From Macrostomum lignano (Eukaryota): a stretch of 64,000 nucleotides of DNA. Below, in pieces: positions 12,001 to 25,102 of this stretch (position 1 is the first letter of the stretch; the number at the start of each line of letters is the position of its first letter). Position numbers and translations under genes: made by a program. Under the pieces are notes generated by a model, which made no database searches, was not told the origin of the DNA, and saw only the letters and a program-made list of their open reading frames with translations. The DNA lies in the NCBI GenBank assembly GCA_002269645.1, contig NIVC01003039.1, positions 1 through 64,000 of the forward strand, in the 5' to 3' direction.

Positions 12001-14403
12001 CGCTAATTTTTACAGTCAACTAAAGTCAACTCTAGGTCAATTTATACTACTCATACACTGTGTGTTTTCAGTAGTAGTTACGTGTGTTTTTTCAAGATTT
12101 CTTATCTACTAATGCAATAAAAATAACCAACACACACCTCGAAATAGTTGCTAAATACCAAAAGGTAGCAATAAAAACTACGAAAAGGTTAAATAGAGTC
12201 TTGTCAACCTGATCGCAGTCCCCGTGCACAAGGACATAGTCGCCCACGGAGAGCGTCAGCTCATCCTCGGGTCGGTCGTTAGGAGAGCAAGAGTACGGAT
12301 CGTAGCTGTACTTGGCCACGAATGCCCGTTTACCTGGATCCGACTGAGTTAGTTTTTTGGTCCGCAGAAATTTCGTTTTAGTTTTAGTTTAGTTTGATTG
12401 AAAACAGTACATGTGGTTTGTAATAATTATAATACCATTTTAGGGATAGTAAGTAGTCATCTGTTACATTTAAAATAATTTTATCAAAGCTAATAGTACA
12501 ATTTAAATTTAATAAACGCTGCACAGAATTTATATCAAGAAATATAATTATTTGGTTACAGAGACAATCAAGGTATAATAGATATAAGAAAGAATAAAAA
12601 TGCAAAGCACATGCACTCTCACACGAAAAAAGTAGGAAAACACGAGAGAATAGATACAAGAAGGAAGAGAGACTAGACACCTAGACACTGTGGAAGAGAT
12701 ATAGGGAGAGAGAGACTAGACTGTGAGGGAGAGAGAGGAGAGAGACTAGACACTGTGAGGGAGAGAGAGGAGAGAGACTAAACACTGTGTGGGGAGAGGG
12801 GAGAGACTAGACACTGTGAAAGAGATAGAGGGGAGAGATACTAGACACTGTGAGGGAGATAGAGGAGAGAGACTAGACACTGTGAGGGAGGGAGAGGAGA
12901 GAGATTAGACACTGTGAGAGGGAGAGAGGAGAGAGACTAGACACTGTGAGGGAGGGAGAGGAGAGAGATTAGACACTGTGAGAGGGAGAGAGGAAAGAGA
13001 CTAGACACTGTGAGGGGGGAGAGGAGAGATACTAGACACTGTGTGGGGAGAGAGGAGAGAGACTAGACACTGTGAGGGGGAGAGAAGAGAGACTAGACAC
13101 TGTGAGGGGGAGAGAAGAGAGACTAGACACTGTGAGGGAGAGAGAGTAGAGAGAATAGACACTGTGAAAGAGATAGAGAGGAGAGAGACTAGACACTGTG
13201 AGGGGAGAGAGTAGAGAGACTAGACACTGTGAAAGCGATAGAGAGGAGAGAGACTAGACACTGTGAGGGGGGAGAGGAGAGAGACTAGACACTTTGAGGG
13301 GGAGAGATAGGGAGAGAGACTAGACACTGTGAAGGGAGAGAGGAGAGAGACTAGATACAGACAGACTAAGACTCCAGTAGAGCAAGGTAATGAATGTATA
13401 CAGGACGCAAGAGATGCAAGCAGATGCGAGAGCTACACACATGGGGAAATGCAATCCGTAATCCTAATTATCCCGGTGTCTCACCAGCCTATTAACACAG
13501 CGCTCCAGGCAAACTGATGGTCATTCCCAGACTCCTGAGTTGATAAACTCATCCGGAAGCCTCAGGCTACGGGTAGAGGCACTTTTTTCATACGGGGCGT
13601 CTATCCAATAACCCAACCAACTGCGAGAGATTAAGATTTCCCACCGCTACTCAGCCTGAGAAGTGCTCATTCTAGTGAGCACACTCGAACTAATGGAACT
13701 AGCCTATATACATATATGGGAATAGAATTACTTGGGCACAGCGAGTAACCTCTTAAAGAGAAAAAACAAGACAGGGGTTTTATTGCTAGAAATCTCACTC
13801 TCTGTCTCTCTCTCTCTCTCGCCCAAGCTTTGATTGACTGCCAACCCTCCCCACAACCCACTACCAAACTCTCGCATGAGCTCGCTTCTGCCGGGCATTG
13901 CTCAACAAGGGGCTTTATATATCAACAGGATATCTGGGCAACCCCCGTCCCACTCTCTTCTCCCTTCTCATCCGCCTAGAGCCTTCCCGCACACTACTGC
14001 TCTAATCTCTAATTCCAGATTGCTCCTCCAACGATTGCTTCTCCGAAGCTTATCCCTGATCCTTATTCTCTCCCACCCACCCCGCTGTGCCCGCCTAAAC
14101 AGGCATCTGCCAGCACTGCGGAATAGCAGAGGGACACAGGGCCTTCGTCTCAGCCAATTATCTATAACTCAGAGGGGGGCGAGGAGGCGAAAGCCAGAAT
14201 GAAAACTGTGCATGATTTGGAGGATTAGCTTGGGATGAAGGAAGCTGGAGAGGAACAGGCTGCAATTCTGGGTGGCCGCAGCACGCAAAGATGAAGGGGA
14301 AGGCAGAGTGGAAGGGAAAGCGTTCTGTGCCAGCTCGTATATAATATTTATAGATAATAAAGTCATCGGTAGAGCAAAGCTGCTTAAATAGATAAATAAA
14401 TAA

Positions 14404-14447
<44 letters not shown>

Positions 14448-14532
14448 ATAGATGATAGATAGATAGATAGATAGATAGATAAATAGATAGACAGACAGAT
14501 AGATAGATAGATAGATAGATAGATAAATAGAT

Positions 14533-14609
<77 letters not shown>

Positions 14610-14638
14610 ATAGATGATAGATAGATAGATAGATAGAC

Positions 14639-14696
<58 letters not shown>

Positions 14697-14702
14697 ATAG
14701 AT

Positions 14703-14777
<75 letters not shown>

Positions 14778-17230
14778 GGATAGATGATGGATAGCAGAAA
14801 ATGCCTAGGCACTCTGATCTCAGTAACCAATACCCAGACTAAGAGCAGAGCTAATTGAGCTGATCGCATTAGTGGACACAATCAATAGAAAAAATACAAC
14901 ACGGAACAAACTTAATACATTCAGTCTCATAAAGCTTAAATTGACCGACCGCAGCAAGTACTGTAATAACTAATGCTAAATGCTAAGACTAAAGAACAGA
15001 GCGAGTTACCAATTGCTACACACAGAAGAAAAACAAATAAAATCAATTAATAAGTAAACGCTAATTTTATGTATCCCATTGACTCACCTTGGGATAACTT
15101 TGCAAAGCCGCTTGCGATAAAGAATAGTGAGCACTGTTGCTATGCTGCATGGAGTGATGAGGCTGAGCCCGGGAGGCTGTCGGCCCACCGTATCCCATCG
15201 AAGAATGATGTTGAACGGGCGGCGGAGGCTGGGGCGCTGAATGCAACTGAGGCGAAGTTCTTCTGTGATGGTAATCGGCGCCACCACCACCGGAATGATG
15301 GCCAGGATTATGGGTTGAGCTTGGGAAATAATCCTCTGCGGAAAGAGTTTTAAATTCAGGCGTGTATACATTGTGTACAGGTTGTAGAGGTTGGTGGGGA
15401 GTGTATGTACATTGGGGTAGAAGTTGTAGAGGTTGGTGGGGCGTGTGTGTACATTGGGCAGAGGTTACAGAGGTTGGTGGGGAGTGTGTGTACATTGGGC
15501 AGAGGTTACAGAGGTTGGTGGGGAGTGTGTGTAAATTGGGCAGAGGTTACAGAGGTTGGTGGGGAGTGTGTGTACATTGGGCAGAGGTTACAGAGGTTGG
15601 TGGGGAGTGTGTGTACATTGGGCAGAGGTTACAGAGGTTGGTGGGGAGTGTGTGTACATTGGGCAGAGGTTAAAGAGGTTGGTGGGGAGTGTGTGTACAT
15701 TGGGCAGAGGTTACAGAGGTTGGTGGGGAGTGTGTGTACATTGGGCAGAGGTTAAAGAGGTTGGTGGGGAGTGTGTGTACATTGGGCAGAGGTTAAAGAG
15801 GTTGGTGGGGAGTGTGTGTACGAGTACATTGGGCAGAGGTTACAGAGGTTGGTGGGGAGTGTATGTACATTGGGGTAGAGGTTGGAGAGATTAGTCGGGC
15901 GTGGATGTACAGAGGGGGTAGAGGCTGTAGGGATTCGGCTGTCGGTAGCGCGTGTACATTAGTGTTGAGGGCTGGTAGGAATATGCAGGTATGTACTTTA
16001 ACAACCCCCAAACCCCTAGGATGTCATCAGAATAATCAGTGAAGTATAGATAAATTATTTAGGCTTTCTATTATAAAACTGGGTAACCAAATTTCTAAGT
16101 ACAAGCCCAAAACCGATACAAGGACTCAATCAGTAATTAAAAGTTCAGGAAAAAATCCACTAAACTAGGGGAACTGAAAACCGCGAACAAAAATCAACAA
16201 ATGACCATTTTCCAGCTAAACACTTCACCTCAAAAAACACGGGAAAGGGAAGGCGACAAACGGCACTATTGAAAAATCCTCACGCCACAAAACTATCCAT
16301 CAACACAACAGGTCTACTGAAGATGAATAAAAACCGACGACACACCTGGACAAACACGAAAATCCAACAGGAAAGCAAGGCACGCCACTTAAAGTACACG
16401 AAGAAATAAATAACGAGTGATCCTCTCGACCAGGAAATTAAAATTTTACTGCCACCTTGTGCGGAGCAAAATTTGTTTACCAGAACGAAGCATCAAATCG
16501 GAAAACAGGTCGTCTACGAAAGAATAAGTGGCCCAGGGCAGGCCGCTGCCGCCGTTGCGTACGGGCGGCGGCTGCCCGGCGGGAACTGAGCCTGCGAGCA
16601 GGGGGTTGGGGACTGCGCTGTGCCTCCTGCGCTTCATTGTCTGGCTGTCATTGAGCTGTCATTGAGCCGATCTGTCTGACAGCTTGTCTGACCTGTCAGT
16701 CTGTGTGACCTGTCTGTCTGTCTGTCAGCCTGTGTGGTCTGTCTGTCTGTCAGCCTGTGTGGTCTGTCTGTCTGTCAGCCTGTGTGGTCTGTCTGTCTGT
16801 CGGCCTGTGTGGTCTGTCTGTCTGTCAGCCTGTGTGGTCTGTCTGTCTGTCGGCCTGTGTGGTCTGTCTGTCTGTCAGCCTGTGTGGTCTGTCTGTCTGT
16901 CAGCCTGTGTGACCTGTCTGACCTATCAGCCTGTGTGGTCTGTCTGACCTGTCAGTCTGTGTGACCTGTCTGTCTGTCTGACCTGTCAGTCTGTGTGACC
17001 TGTCTGTCTGTCTGTCAGCCTGTGTGGTCTGCCTGTCTGTCAGCCTGTGTGGTCTGTCTGTCTGTCTGTCAGCCTGTGTGGTCTGCCTGTCTGTCAGCCT
17101 GTGTGGTCTGCCTGTCTGTCAGCCTGTGTGGTCTGTCTGTCTGTCAGCCTGTGTGGTCTGTCTGTCTGTCAGCCTGTGTGGTCTGTCTGTCTGTCAGCCT
17201 GTGTGGTCTGCCTGTCTGTCAGCCTGTGTG

Positions 17231-17261
<31 letters not shown>

Positions 17262-17384
17262 AGCCTGTGTGATCTGTCTGTCTGTCTGTCAGCCTGTGTG
17301 GTCTGTCTCTGTCAGCCTGTGTGGTCTGCCTGTCTGTCAGCCTGTGTGGTCTGTCTGTCTGTCAGCCTGTGTGGTCTGCCTGCC

Positions 17385-17417
<33 letters not shown>

Positions 17418-19523
17418 TACTGACTCGGTGCAAAACTGTCCGAGAATTCCCGTTCAAGAAACTTGCATCAATACAAATATCGAACACATCACGCACAGGG
17501 CAGTTGCAGAGCAACTGTGCGAATGAAAACTTCAGACCCAGCAAGCAGCTTACGAGGCTGGAAGCCGTTAGAGCTGGCCATGTAGTCGGGCCCCACAACT
17601 GTCGGTGTTGAGTTGTGCTGCGGCGGCTGCTGCTGCATCGGCGCAACGCCGAGGCCTCGAAGTTCGTCATATTTCTGCTTTTTCTTGGCCGCCTCAAGCT
17701 CCAGCATCAGCTCCTCGTGGCGCAGCGACTGCAGCTCGGCGCGCTTCTCCAATTCGCGCAGTTGCGTCTGATGAGATTAGATATCATGGAGAGATGAGAT
17801 AAGTGTGAGATTAGATACCATGGAGAGATGAGGTAAGTGTGAGCTTAGATACTATGGAAATATGGGTAAGTGTGAGATTGATACCATGGAGAGATGAGAT
17901 AAGTGTGAGATTAGATAGAATGCGGAGATGAGATAGATTAGATATTATGGAGAGATAAGATAAATGAGATTAGATATCAAGGAGAGATGAGGTAAGTATG
18001 AAATTAGATATCATAGAGAGATGAAGTAAGTACGAGATTAGATATTATGGAAAGATGAGGTAAGTATGAGATTAGATACGCGCTCGTATCATGGAGAGAT
18101 GAGAGGTCATGGAAAGGTGGGATAGTATTAGATTAGATACCATGGAGAGATGAGATAAATATGAGATTAGATACCATTGAGAGATGAGGTAAATATGAGA
18201 TTAGATACCATGGAGAGATGAGATAAATATGAGATTAGATACCATGGAGAGATGAGATAAATATGAGATTAGATACCATGGAGAGATGAGATAAATATGA
18301 GATTGGATATCATGAAGAGATGAGGTAAATGTGAGATTAGATACCATGGAGAGATGAGATAAATATGAGATTAGATACCATGGAGAGATGAGATAAATAT
18401 GAGATTAGATACCATGGAGAGATGAGATAAATATGAGATTGGATATCATGAAGAGATGAGGTAAATGTGAGATTAGATATCACATGGAGAGACGAGGTAA
18501 GTGTGAGATTAGATATCATGGAGAGACGAGGTAAGTGTGAGATTAGATATCATGGAGAGACGAGGTAAGTGTGAGATTAGATATCATGAAGAGATGAGAT
18601 AAATGTGAGATTAGATATCACATGGAGAGACGAGGTAAGTGTGAGATTAGATATCATGGAGAGATGAGAGGTCAAAAAGAGGTGGGAAAGTAAGAGATTA
18701 CATACTACGTAGAGATGATATTGTTAGATAATATACTCGTAGAATAGAGGTGGGATAATATGCGACTAGTTGAAGTCGATTACGAGACAAGATCTCTGTT
18801 TTAGTAAGAGACTGGATCGACTAATAATGGTATATTAGAGTGATACTCGGACAGACTGGCCACACTAATAGCATATCCCAAATGCACTATTGACAGCCTC
18901 ACGGCACACTGACACCGGATACCATGTATGACGGGAAATCCGTGCCTCAATCCATCTCACTCTCAGCTAGCAGCTGAACTCAAGCGAGCCAATCTTTTCA
19001 AACTAAACTCACCTTCAGCGAGTCCACAGTCTCTTCATTGGCCCTGGCCGCGTAATTATCCGGCCCCTATGGACAGATTGGCGATAATTATTATTAGTAG
19101 CATTATATATAGTAATACGAGCCTAGCAATAGTTTGCTAGTATTAGAATAATCATGATAATGGTGTTTATCTAAACTATGTACACACACTAATACATAAT
19201 TAATCAAACAGCAGGCCTGGCCTCCAATTCAAATCAACCCTTCGACTCTACACAGCAGCCGAAATCATAGCAGCTCTATTGAAACAGAACGGGCAGGGTC
19301 GCCACCGCCAGTTGTCACAAGCACAAAGAGAATGGAGCGACCGACGAGTCAATATTAGTTGTGGGGATTCGAGCTGAGGACGGATAAGTTGAGAACCAGG
19401 CGCTGCCTGCGGAGATAACAGAGATGCAGGCGAGGGAGCTGCAGGAAGTATGGAGAGAGATCGGGTAGAGTGGGGTGAGAATAACTAAAGAGCTTAGAGA
19501 CAGACAGAAAAACAGACAGACAA

Positions 19524-19574
<51 letters not shown>

Positions 19575-19577
19575 CTA

Positions 19578-19610
<33 letters not shown>

Positions 19611-19613
19611 CTA

Positions 19614-19650
<37 letters not shown>

Positions 19651-19677
19651 CTAAGACAGACACTAAGAAAGACACTA

Positions 19678-19726
<49 letters not shown>

Positions 19727-19733
19727 GTCAGGC

Positions 19734-19804
<71 letters not shown>

Positions 19805-19817
19805 AAGACAGACACTA

Positions 19818-19910
<93 letters not shown>

Positions 19911-22900
19911 GCAGATGCAGTGAAGCAGTGTATGGAACAAAATAAGGTCATCGTGAACGGGGCAGCGAAATGAGCCGCGAGCAAGCAGAAGCCCCAGTTT
20001 ACTCAGATGAGAAGCGGGCACGTGCGCAGATACAGCAGGCAGGCGCCCAGATCAAGTATGATGATACACAGCGCCCGCAAAAACCTACTCAAGCATCGAT
20101 AGCTCCGTCTGACCAATTTTTTTTCTCTCTCTCTCTCGCCCCCCCCCCCACACCCATTGCAGCCTCCCGGGACTGAAACTACATCAAGGACATTCGTTGT
20201 CGCATTCTAAATTATGCATAGAGAATCAACATCCAGTGGTGGCGGGGGGGGGGGGTTGCTGGGCTAGCAACAGTGGCCGGCAAGGCCTGACAGCCAGACG
20301 GTTTAAACAGCCGATAGCTTAAGCCCAGGGAAACGAATGACCAGGAAGCACCGGGCGTAGAGAAAATTGAAAGATAAATCTTCCAACAGCTAGGCGCAAT
20401 GTCATGTGAGAACGAGAGGGATCGCGCGGCTCGCAGGGGACACAAGTCGGCATGGGGATCGAGGGAGTAAAGAGGGAAGAAAGCTGTGCAGAAATCGAAT
20501 ATCAGCCTCTAGCAAAGCGACATCTTGTCTTAGTGTTTCTGCATCTGTCCTTCCGTCTCCGGGAGGATATTTGGAAAAACTACAGTCACATGAATCTCCA
20601 GCTCTGAAGACTGGCCGACAGATTGCTTGGCTTACAACATTGGAGATGGCATATCTAGCATTGTGATCCGTCAGAACTGGGAACCAGAGGGGTGACAGTC
20701 GGACAGAACTGGACAAGAAGAGCATTCATGTAGTTGATGGGGCATGATGGAGAAAGAGGATCTGATTTACAGACCTGAGCTTCTGAAAGACTCAAGGTGA
20801 GGGAGTGAGACAGACGAGAAGGGAAGAGAGCAGCTGAGAGCAGTGTTTACTGCCTGGCCTGAGCTCAGAGACTGCGCACGCTGCTCAGATGGCCAAAAAG
20901 GAAGGCAGCGTGACAGGTGACTCGGGGTCAGTGTGGCATTCTAAATAGCAAGGCCAGACATTTTGACTTTCTGAGTTCCGACAGTCAGATCTAATTGTAA
21001 GACAGTTCAGCTTTTCAGAAAATATTATTATCATAAATTTTAAAACTACTTTCTCACAATCAGAAGATAGAAGCTCTAAAAAACTATGTAGCCGTAGCTG
21101 TGGGAAATATATTCGGAAACGGCATGCCCAACAACTAAGGAAATACTTCATCCTTTGCCTCTCCTCCCTCCTGCCCTTCCCTGCCTCTCCTCCTGCCCCT
21201 CCCTGCCTCTCCCTGCCCCTCCCTGCCTCTCCCTGCCTCCCCTCCTGCCCCTCCCTGCCTCTCCCTGCCTCTCCCTGCCCCTCCCTGCCTCTCCCTGCCT
21301 CCCCTCCTGCCCCTCCTCCTGCCCCTCCCTGCCTCCCCTCCTGCCCCTCCCTGCCCCTCCCTGCCTCTCCCTGCCTCCCCTCCTGCCCCTCCCTGCCTCC
21401 CCTCCTGCCCCTCCCTGCCCCTCCCTGCCTCCCCTCCTGCCCTCCCTGCCCCTCCCTGCCTCCCCTCCTGCCCCTCCCTGCCTCCCCTCCTGCCCCTCCC
21501 TGCCCCTCCCTGCCTCCCCCTCCTGCCCCTCCCTGCCCCTCCCTGCCTCCCCTCCTGCCCCTCTCTCCCTACCTTCCTCTCTGCTCTTCCCGCTTTTTCT
21601 GTCCCCCATTCGTCCATGCCTGCTGTATATTGTACATAAATCTCACCCTTCATCTCCTCCTATGCCTCTTCTCACCCCTTTCTCCTCTCCTTCCTCAATC
21701 ATTCCTTTATCCTCACCACCACCTGTCCTCTTAGCCTTTGTTTGCTCTCCTGTCTCTATCCACACCAGGCGCGACCTCCCGCAGAGCCCAATTAGCATAA
21801 TGATGAAGGGTGGCTCTCAGCTGCCGCAGTAGCCGTAAAAAAGCAACTGTCTTTTTAAAAAATTAAAAGAAAAGTTTTTGCTCCCTGGAGTGTGAAAATT
21901 TGGGCGATAGTGAAAAACGTTAAAGCACTTTCCGTTTCCCCAGGGTCTCAGCTCAGGCTAAGTAAAGCAACTTAAACTTATTATATAAAAAGAATCGCAC
22001 ATTCATTTTCGTAATGGCAGTTCACCATCTCTCACTAACAGACCTTCAGCCAATTTGAAATCAAAGCCGTATGTAAAAAGCATGAGGAGTTCATAATAAA
22101 TTAGGAAATAGCCATCACCCAAACTTAACAGCAAAAGGCTTAAGAAAATCTTTTGGCTATAATAATTATTTCTAACCTCTCTTTACTCTTTGCGAACCTG
22201 CTAGTCATGCCTTAATCGTGATACTGATCGACATAATTACCAAAATTTTAGGGGCTTAGAATCGAAATCTCAAACTGCAAAGAAGATTTTAATTTAGAAT
22301 TTTTCTCTTTTCAATATCTAATGAGACAGAAATTTCTTTCTGTTCCTCTAGAAGAAGCGCGTCTTGAGCAGAAACGGCGGCTACCTTCTTCATATAGAAT
22401 GACTCGCGAGATTTCTCGTCAATCAGGTGTTTTAAACGCGCGTGCTCGGACTCCAGCTCGCGTTTCTTCTCGAGCGACTCGCGCATGTGCTAAAAATATA
22501 ATTTTAAATGGTGACTCATTATATAATGGTAGCTAAAAATAGAATTTTAAATGGTGACTCATCATATAATGGTAGCTAAAAATATAATTTTAAATGGTGA
22601 CTCATTATATAATGGTAGCTAAAAATATAATTTTAAATGGTGACTATTATATAATGGTAGCTAAAAATAGAATTTTAAATGGTGACTCATTATATAATGG
22701 TAGCTAAAAATAGAATTTTAAATGGTGACTCATAATATAATGGTAGCTAAAAATAGAACGGCGGGTGATTAGTCACCGCGAAATGATCTAAAAGTCAGCA
22801 ACTGTTTATAATGGACGTCGCTAAAGGAAGGAAAGCGATTTTTAGGATAATTTAGCAACTATCACCTTGTCGATGTTCTAATTTTCATCATATTGAAGAA

Positions 22901-24934
22901 AATTTTGGCGCTAAAATCTTATATTAGAAATAACTAAGAGATAACAACTTTGGGGACGATTTTAGGGTCATAACTTCGGGGATAACTTACGATCACGGCT
23001 TAGGGAATAATTTATGGATCATAACTTTGAGGATAACTTAGGGGTCACGACTTTGGGAATAATTTAGGGTTCACAGCTTTGGAATAAGGAAGAGGGCTGC
23101 AACAAACTAAGCAACCAGCCGACTCACCTTCATAATGAGCTCCATTTCCGCCATTTGCAAGCGCAGAAAGTCAGCCTCCTGCCGGCTGACAGCCAAGTCT
23201 GTACCAACTTCTTGCAGGCTGAGGGTCAGTTCCTGATTGATCTGCTTCACCTGACCGTTCGCAGTAGGTAAGTAAGAAATCGGATAAGGAAAACCAACAA
23301 TCCTCAAAAGCGCCAATAATTTTAAGCGATTTAAAAAGTAAAACCCAAATGCCAAAATGAAAATCGGAAAAAAAATATTTCGCAGCGAAATACCTGCTCG
23401 GCATCCTGCAGCTGAGTCTGCAAATCGGAATTTTTAACGCTTAATTCAGTGTTGAGCTCTCGCAATTCTGACAAATTGTTCTCCTGAAAATTAACGGTTT
23501 GTCAGATTGAGAATTGAAACACTCGGTGTGTAGGCCTAGGCATAGTAAACGTTCCTCGAATATTTAAAAGGTTTGGGATAAATAAATGGCAAAGAACCGA
23601 AGGTCATTTTAGGATAATTCACGAATAACCAGGTTCGGGATAGCTGAAGGAGATAAAATCCCAGAGAATCTTTTTTGGGGATAACTGAAGGGGATAATAT
23701 CCCAGGAATCATTTTTAGAGATAACTGAAGGGGATAAAATCCCAGGAATCATTTTTAGAGATAACTGAAGGGGATAAAATCCCAGGAATCATTTTTAGAG
23801 ATAACTGAAGGGGATAAAATCTCAGGAATCTTTTTTAGGGTGACTGGAGGGGATAAAATTCCATGAATCATTTTTGGGGATAACTGAAGGGGATAATATA
23901 CCATCAATCAGTTTTGGGAATAACTGAAGGGGATGATATCCCATGAATCATTTTTGGGGATAACTGAAGGGATAATATACCATCAATCAGTTTTGGGGGT
24001 AACTGAAGGGGATAATATCCCATGAATCATTTTTGGGGATAACTGAAGGGGATAATATACCATCAATCAGTTTTGGGGATAACTGAAGGGGATGATATCC
24101 CATGAATCATTTTTGGGGATAACTGAAGGGGATAATATACCATCAATCAGTTTTGGGGTAACTGAAGGGGATAATATCCCATGAATCATTTTTGGGGATA
24201 ACTGAAGGGGATAATATACCATCAATCAGTTTTGGGGATAACTGAAGGGGATGATATCCCATGAATCATTTTTGGGGATAACTGAAGGGGATAATATACC
24301 ATCAATCAGTTTTGGGGATAACTGAAGGGGATGATATCCCATGAATCATTTTTGGGGATAACTGAAGGGGATAATATACCATCAATCAGTTTTGGGGTAA
24401 CTGAAGGGGATAATATCCCATGAATCATTTTTGGGGATAACTGAAGGGGATAATATCCCATGAATCATTTTTGGGGATAACTGAAGGGGATAATATCCCA
24501 TGAATCATTTTTGGGGATAACTGAAGGGGATAATATACCATCAATCAGTTTTGGGGATAACTGAAGGGGATAATATCCCATGAATCATTTTTGGGGATAA
24601 CTGAAGGGATGATATCCCATGAATCATTTTTGGGGTAACATGCGGGGATAATTAAAGCGGATTCCTTCAGAAGTCAAGATTATGGGAAAAAATATTAAAG
24701 AAAATGTACAAAAAACAGCAAATCAATAGAGAAGACAAACCAAATCAGTCTGGGCGGTGTGCTCTTCTTGAAGCTGAGATTTTAGCTGCTCATTCTCGCC
24801 AGACAAAGCCGCGAGACTGCTTTCCTGAAGAAGAGAAGGGAAGCGAGGGGAGCACTGGTTACACAAGGACATTTAATGTCTGCAGAGTGCAGATGGATGT
24901 AATAAACAGCATGGGATGATGGGGCCGCGCAGAA

Positions 24935-24967
<33 letters not shown>

Positions 24968-25050
24968 CAAAGACAGACAGACAGACAGACAGACACTAAG
25001 ACAGACAGTCAGACAGACAGACAGACAGACAGACACTAAGACAGACACTA

Positions 25051-25102
<52 letters not shown>

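Noticed and set aside
19260-19445. GC-rich island with candidate acceptors on the - strand
   Set aside because: No convincing phase 0-0 exon with a good donor.
20170-21150. Balanced-GC intronic segment with a short helix-like ORF ([17 protein letters not shown])
   Set aside because: No recognisable transposon or host motif and no clean splice sites; may be a decayed element but cannot be supported.
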